A stretch of 29,437 bases of DNA from Chloroflexota bacterium (GTDB taxonomy: Bacteria; Chloroflexota; Dehalococcoidia; UBA2979): positions 1 through 29,437 of the forward strand of contig VYDC01000247.1 of NCBI GenBank assembly GCA_009843585.1, given 5' to 3'. Below the pieces are notes generated by a model that was not told the origin of the DNA, ran no database searches, and worked only from the letters and a program-made list of their open reading frames with translations. Of the stretch, positions 27,608-29,437 are shown piece by piece. The translations under genes and the position numbers were made by a program. Each line of letters begins with the position of its first letter. The stretch's first letter is position 1.

Positions 27608-28540
27608 CTACGGCGGTGTGCTCCGGATGAAGTCCACCAGCAGGCGGATGTCGTCGTCGGTGAGGCCCTGCTGGCCCCACGCCGGCATGACCGTGCCCTC
27701 GCGGCCGTTCTTGATGGTATCGAAGTAGAAGTCGTCAGACTCCGTCAGGACGTCCGGCAGGAGCGGCAGCCCGAGATCCGGGAGGCCCTCCCGGTCGGGG
27801 CCGTGGCAGGTGGCGCAGGTCGCCTGGTAGAAGACGTCGACCGCCACGCCCTGGATCGCGGGGCCGGTCGGCGCCGCCGCCGACGGCGCGTCGGGCGCCA
27901 CCACGTCCCCCTCGGGCGTCACCTGGACGGTGCGCGGGTCGACGCGGTTGCGGTAGCGCAGCGCCTCGATCGCGTTGTACTGGCCGCAGTTCTCGCCGGT
28001 GATCTTGAGGCCGTCGGAGCTCACGAAGACGATCTCCTCCGGCGTGAAGCCCGTCTCGGCGTCGCTCTCGTGGCCGTACTCCTCCACAAGGTCCCAGCGG
28101 CCCGTGGTGATGAGCGTGACGAGCTGGCCGACCTGGGTGGCGGAGAGCGTGCCCCCGAACTCCTCGCCCCACGCCGGCATGAAGGTGCCCGCACGACCGC
28201 AGCTGATGGTGTTGGCGAGGAAGGCCGTGATCTCGTCGGCGCCCGGGTTGTCCGGCGTCCCGAGATCGGGCGTCGCCGGCGCCCCGAACGCGTTCTCCTC
28301 ACCGAGTATCAGGAAGGCCGGCCTGTTCAGCGCCTGGCCGATCCCACCGTCGCCCAGTAGCCCGTGGCAGCTGCGGCAGTTGTCGACGAAGATGCGCGCC
28401 CCGCGCTCGGCGACCCGCTCCGTCTGGTGCTCGAGCGCCGCCGCCTGCCGGCTCTCCTCATTCAGGAAGTAGAACGCGAGCACGGCCACCGTGAGGAAGA
28501 GCAGGCCGATCATCACGTTGACCTGCTTGCTGGTATTCAT
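27608..28540 (-). CDS. Membrane-anchored di-haem c-type cytochrome
   Basis: N-terminal TM helix; CRSCH and CATCH haem motifs, each followed by a MPAWG distal-Met motif. ATGA overlap with the Rieske gene. Confidence 0.93.
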   Translation of the reverse strand: MNTSKQVNVMIGLLFLTVAVLAFYFLNEESRQAAALEHQTERVAERGARIFVDNCRSCHGLLGDGGIGQALNRPAFLILGEENAFGAPATPDLGTPDNPGADEITAFLANTISCGRAGTFMPAWGEEFGGTLSATQVGQLVTLITTGRWDLVEEYGHESDAETGFTPEEIVFVSSDGLKITGENCGQYNAIEALRYRNRVDPRTVQVTPEGDVVAPDAPSAAAPTGPAIQGVAVDVFYQATCATCHGPDREGLPDLGLPLLPDVLTESDDFYFDTIKNGREGTVMPAWGQQGLTDDDIRLLVDFIRSTPP

Positions 28541-29250
28541 CCGGAGGCCTGCGCCTCGCGCAGCTGCTCGACGGTCATGGCGCGCTCGGCGTTATCCGGG
28601 CCGCCGGGGGTGACGCGGTCGGTGTGCACGGTGAGGTTCCCGGCATCGTCGACCGTGAGCTCGAAGGTGTCCATCGAGCGCGGCGCCGGCCCGAAGACGC
28701 GGATGCCGGACTTGGTGTAGGTCGAGCCGTGGCAGGGGCAGCGGAACCATCCCGTCTGCCCCTCGAAGGCGAAGGAGGGGTTCCACGGCACCGAGCAGCC
28801 AAGGTGCGGGCACTTCCGCCACAGCGCGAGGTAGCCCGCGCCGCCGTCCGATCCGCCGTAGCGCGTGTCACCGGGATCGAGGTTGACGACCCAAGTCTGC
28901 GCGGCCGCGGTGAACAGCGGCACGCCCCCCTGCTCGTAGTCGTCGACGTGCCCGACAGCGTAGGGCCCGCCGAACCTCTTGATACCGCGGGGCCAGAAGA
29001 AGTCGAGGAAGCCGCCGAGCGAGCCGGCGAGCGTGACGCCGAGCCCCGTCCAGAAGGCGCCCAGGATGAAGCGGGCGACCTCCGCGTCGGGCGGAGCGTG
29101 CGCCTGCGCCGGGGGGACGACGACCTCGGCGGAGACCTCGGTGCGCCGCGCGGTGAGGGCGGCGCGCCACGCATCGGCGCTCGACCCCGCGGCCGGCGAG
29201 GCACCGATCGAGGGCGTCGCCGCCCCGCTGCGCTCGCTCTCGTTCGCCAC
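28537..29250 (-). CDS. Rieske [2Fe-2S] protein of a cytochrome bc-type complex
   Basis: TM helix (FILGAFWTGLG..FFWP), CPHLGC and CPCHGSTY boxes, GPAPRSMD. Confidence 0.94.
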   Translation of the reverse strand: MANESERSGAATPSIGASPAAGSSADAWRAALTARRTEVSAEVVVPPAQAHAPPDAEVARFILGAFWTGLGVTLAGSLGGFLDFFWPRGIKRFGGPYAVGHVDDYEQGGVPLFTAAAQTWVVNLDPGDTRYGGSDGGAGYLALWRKCPHLGCSVPWNPSFAFEGQTGWFRCPCHGSTYTKSGIRVFGPAPRSMDTFELTVDDAGNLTVHTDRVTPGGPDNAERAMTVEQLREAQASG

Positions 29251-29311
29251 TACGCCCGCTCGCTTCCCTCGCCCGACCCCCAGCGGGCCGGACCGAATGG
29301 TCCCGTCCGCA

Positions 29312-29437
29312 CTAGCTCTCGGCGGGGCGGACCTCCCACGGCCAGTAGATCTCCTTCCCCTGGCGGCGGAGCGCCGTCCCGCTGATCGTGAGCGCTATGT
29401 AGAAGGCGATGAAGCAGGAGAACTGGAGTATCATGGG
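29312..29437 (-). CDS. 3' end of a membrane protein, probably cytochrome b subunit IV (PetD/QcrC-like); partial
   Basis: Hand-translated PMILQFSCFIAFYIALTISGTALRRQGKEIYWPWEVRPAES*. The TM helix plus LTI.GT..R..G...WPW resembles the C-terminus of such subunits as I recall them; context next to the Rieske gene agrees. Confidence 0.6.
   Translation of the reverse strand, partial: PMILQFSCFIAFYIALTISGTALRRQGKEIYWPWEVRPAES

Overview
A very GC-rich (about 70-75% by eye), gene-dense core chromosomal segment with almost every gene on the minus strand. The S12 insertion, the AGAAC-N4-GTTCT LexA box and the rplI-dnaB-dnaD-dnaC arrangement point to Chloroflexota, probably Dehalococcoidia; this taxonomy is inference. 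Reading the minus strand from the right end: 3' end of a cytochrome b subunit-IV-like gene, Rieske protein, di-haem cytochrome c, two tiny GKRY-motif proteins (missed or mis-started by the ORF track), rpsU, YqeY, 7TM-HD phosphodiesterase, purQ-purL, rplI-dnaB-DnaD-like-tandem DnaC-like, moaD-moaE fusion (the only plus-strand gene), glyA, acyl-CoA dehydrogenase, rpsF-ssb-rpsR, PpiC-type foldase, hom, coiled-coil protein, thrC, folE, MshA-like GT4, PIG-L deacetylase, rpsL-rpsG-fusA and the start of tuf. I saw no tRNA, rRNA, CRISPR array or transposase. The most interesting signals are (i) a helicase/loader operon with a two-AAA-domain DnaC-like protein, a perfect LexA box inside its promoter and a cluster of DnaA-box-like motifs, (ii) a pair of paralogous 39/47-aa proteins after the Rieske/cytochrome c genes, (iii) an MshA-like/PIG-L pair with apparently altered acceptor residues, (iv) a long structured RNA candidate between glyA and moaDE, and (v) three 96-bp tandem repeats in the bS6 tail. 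All family assignments come from motif recognition by eye; no database search was run.
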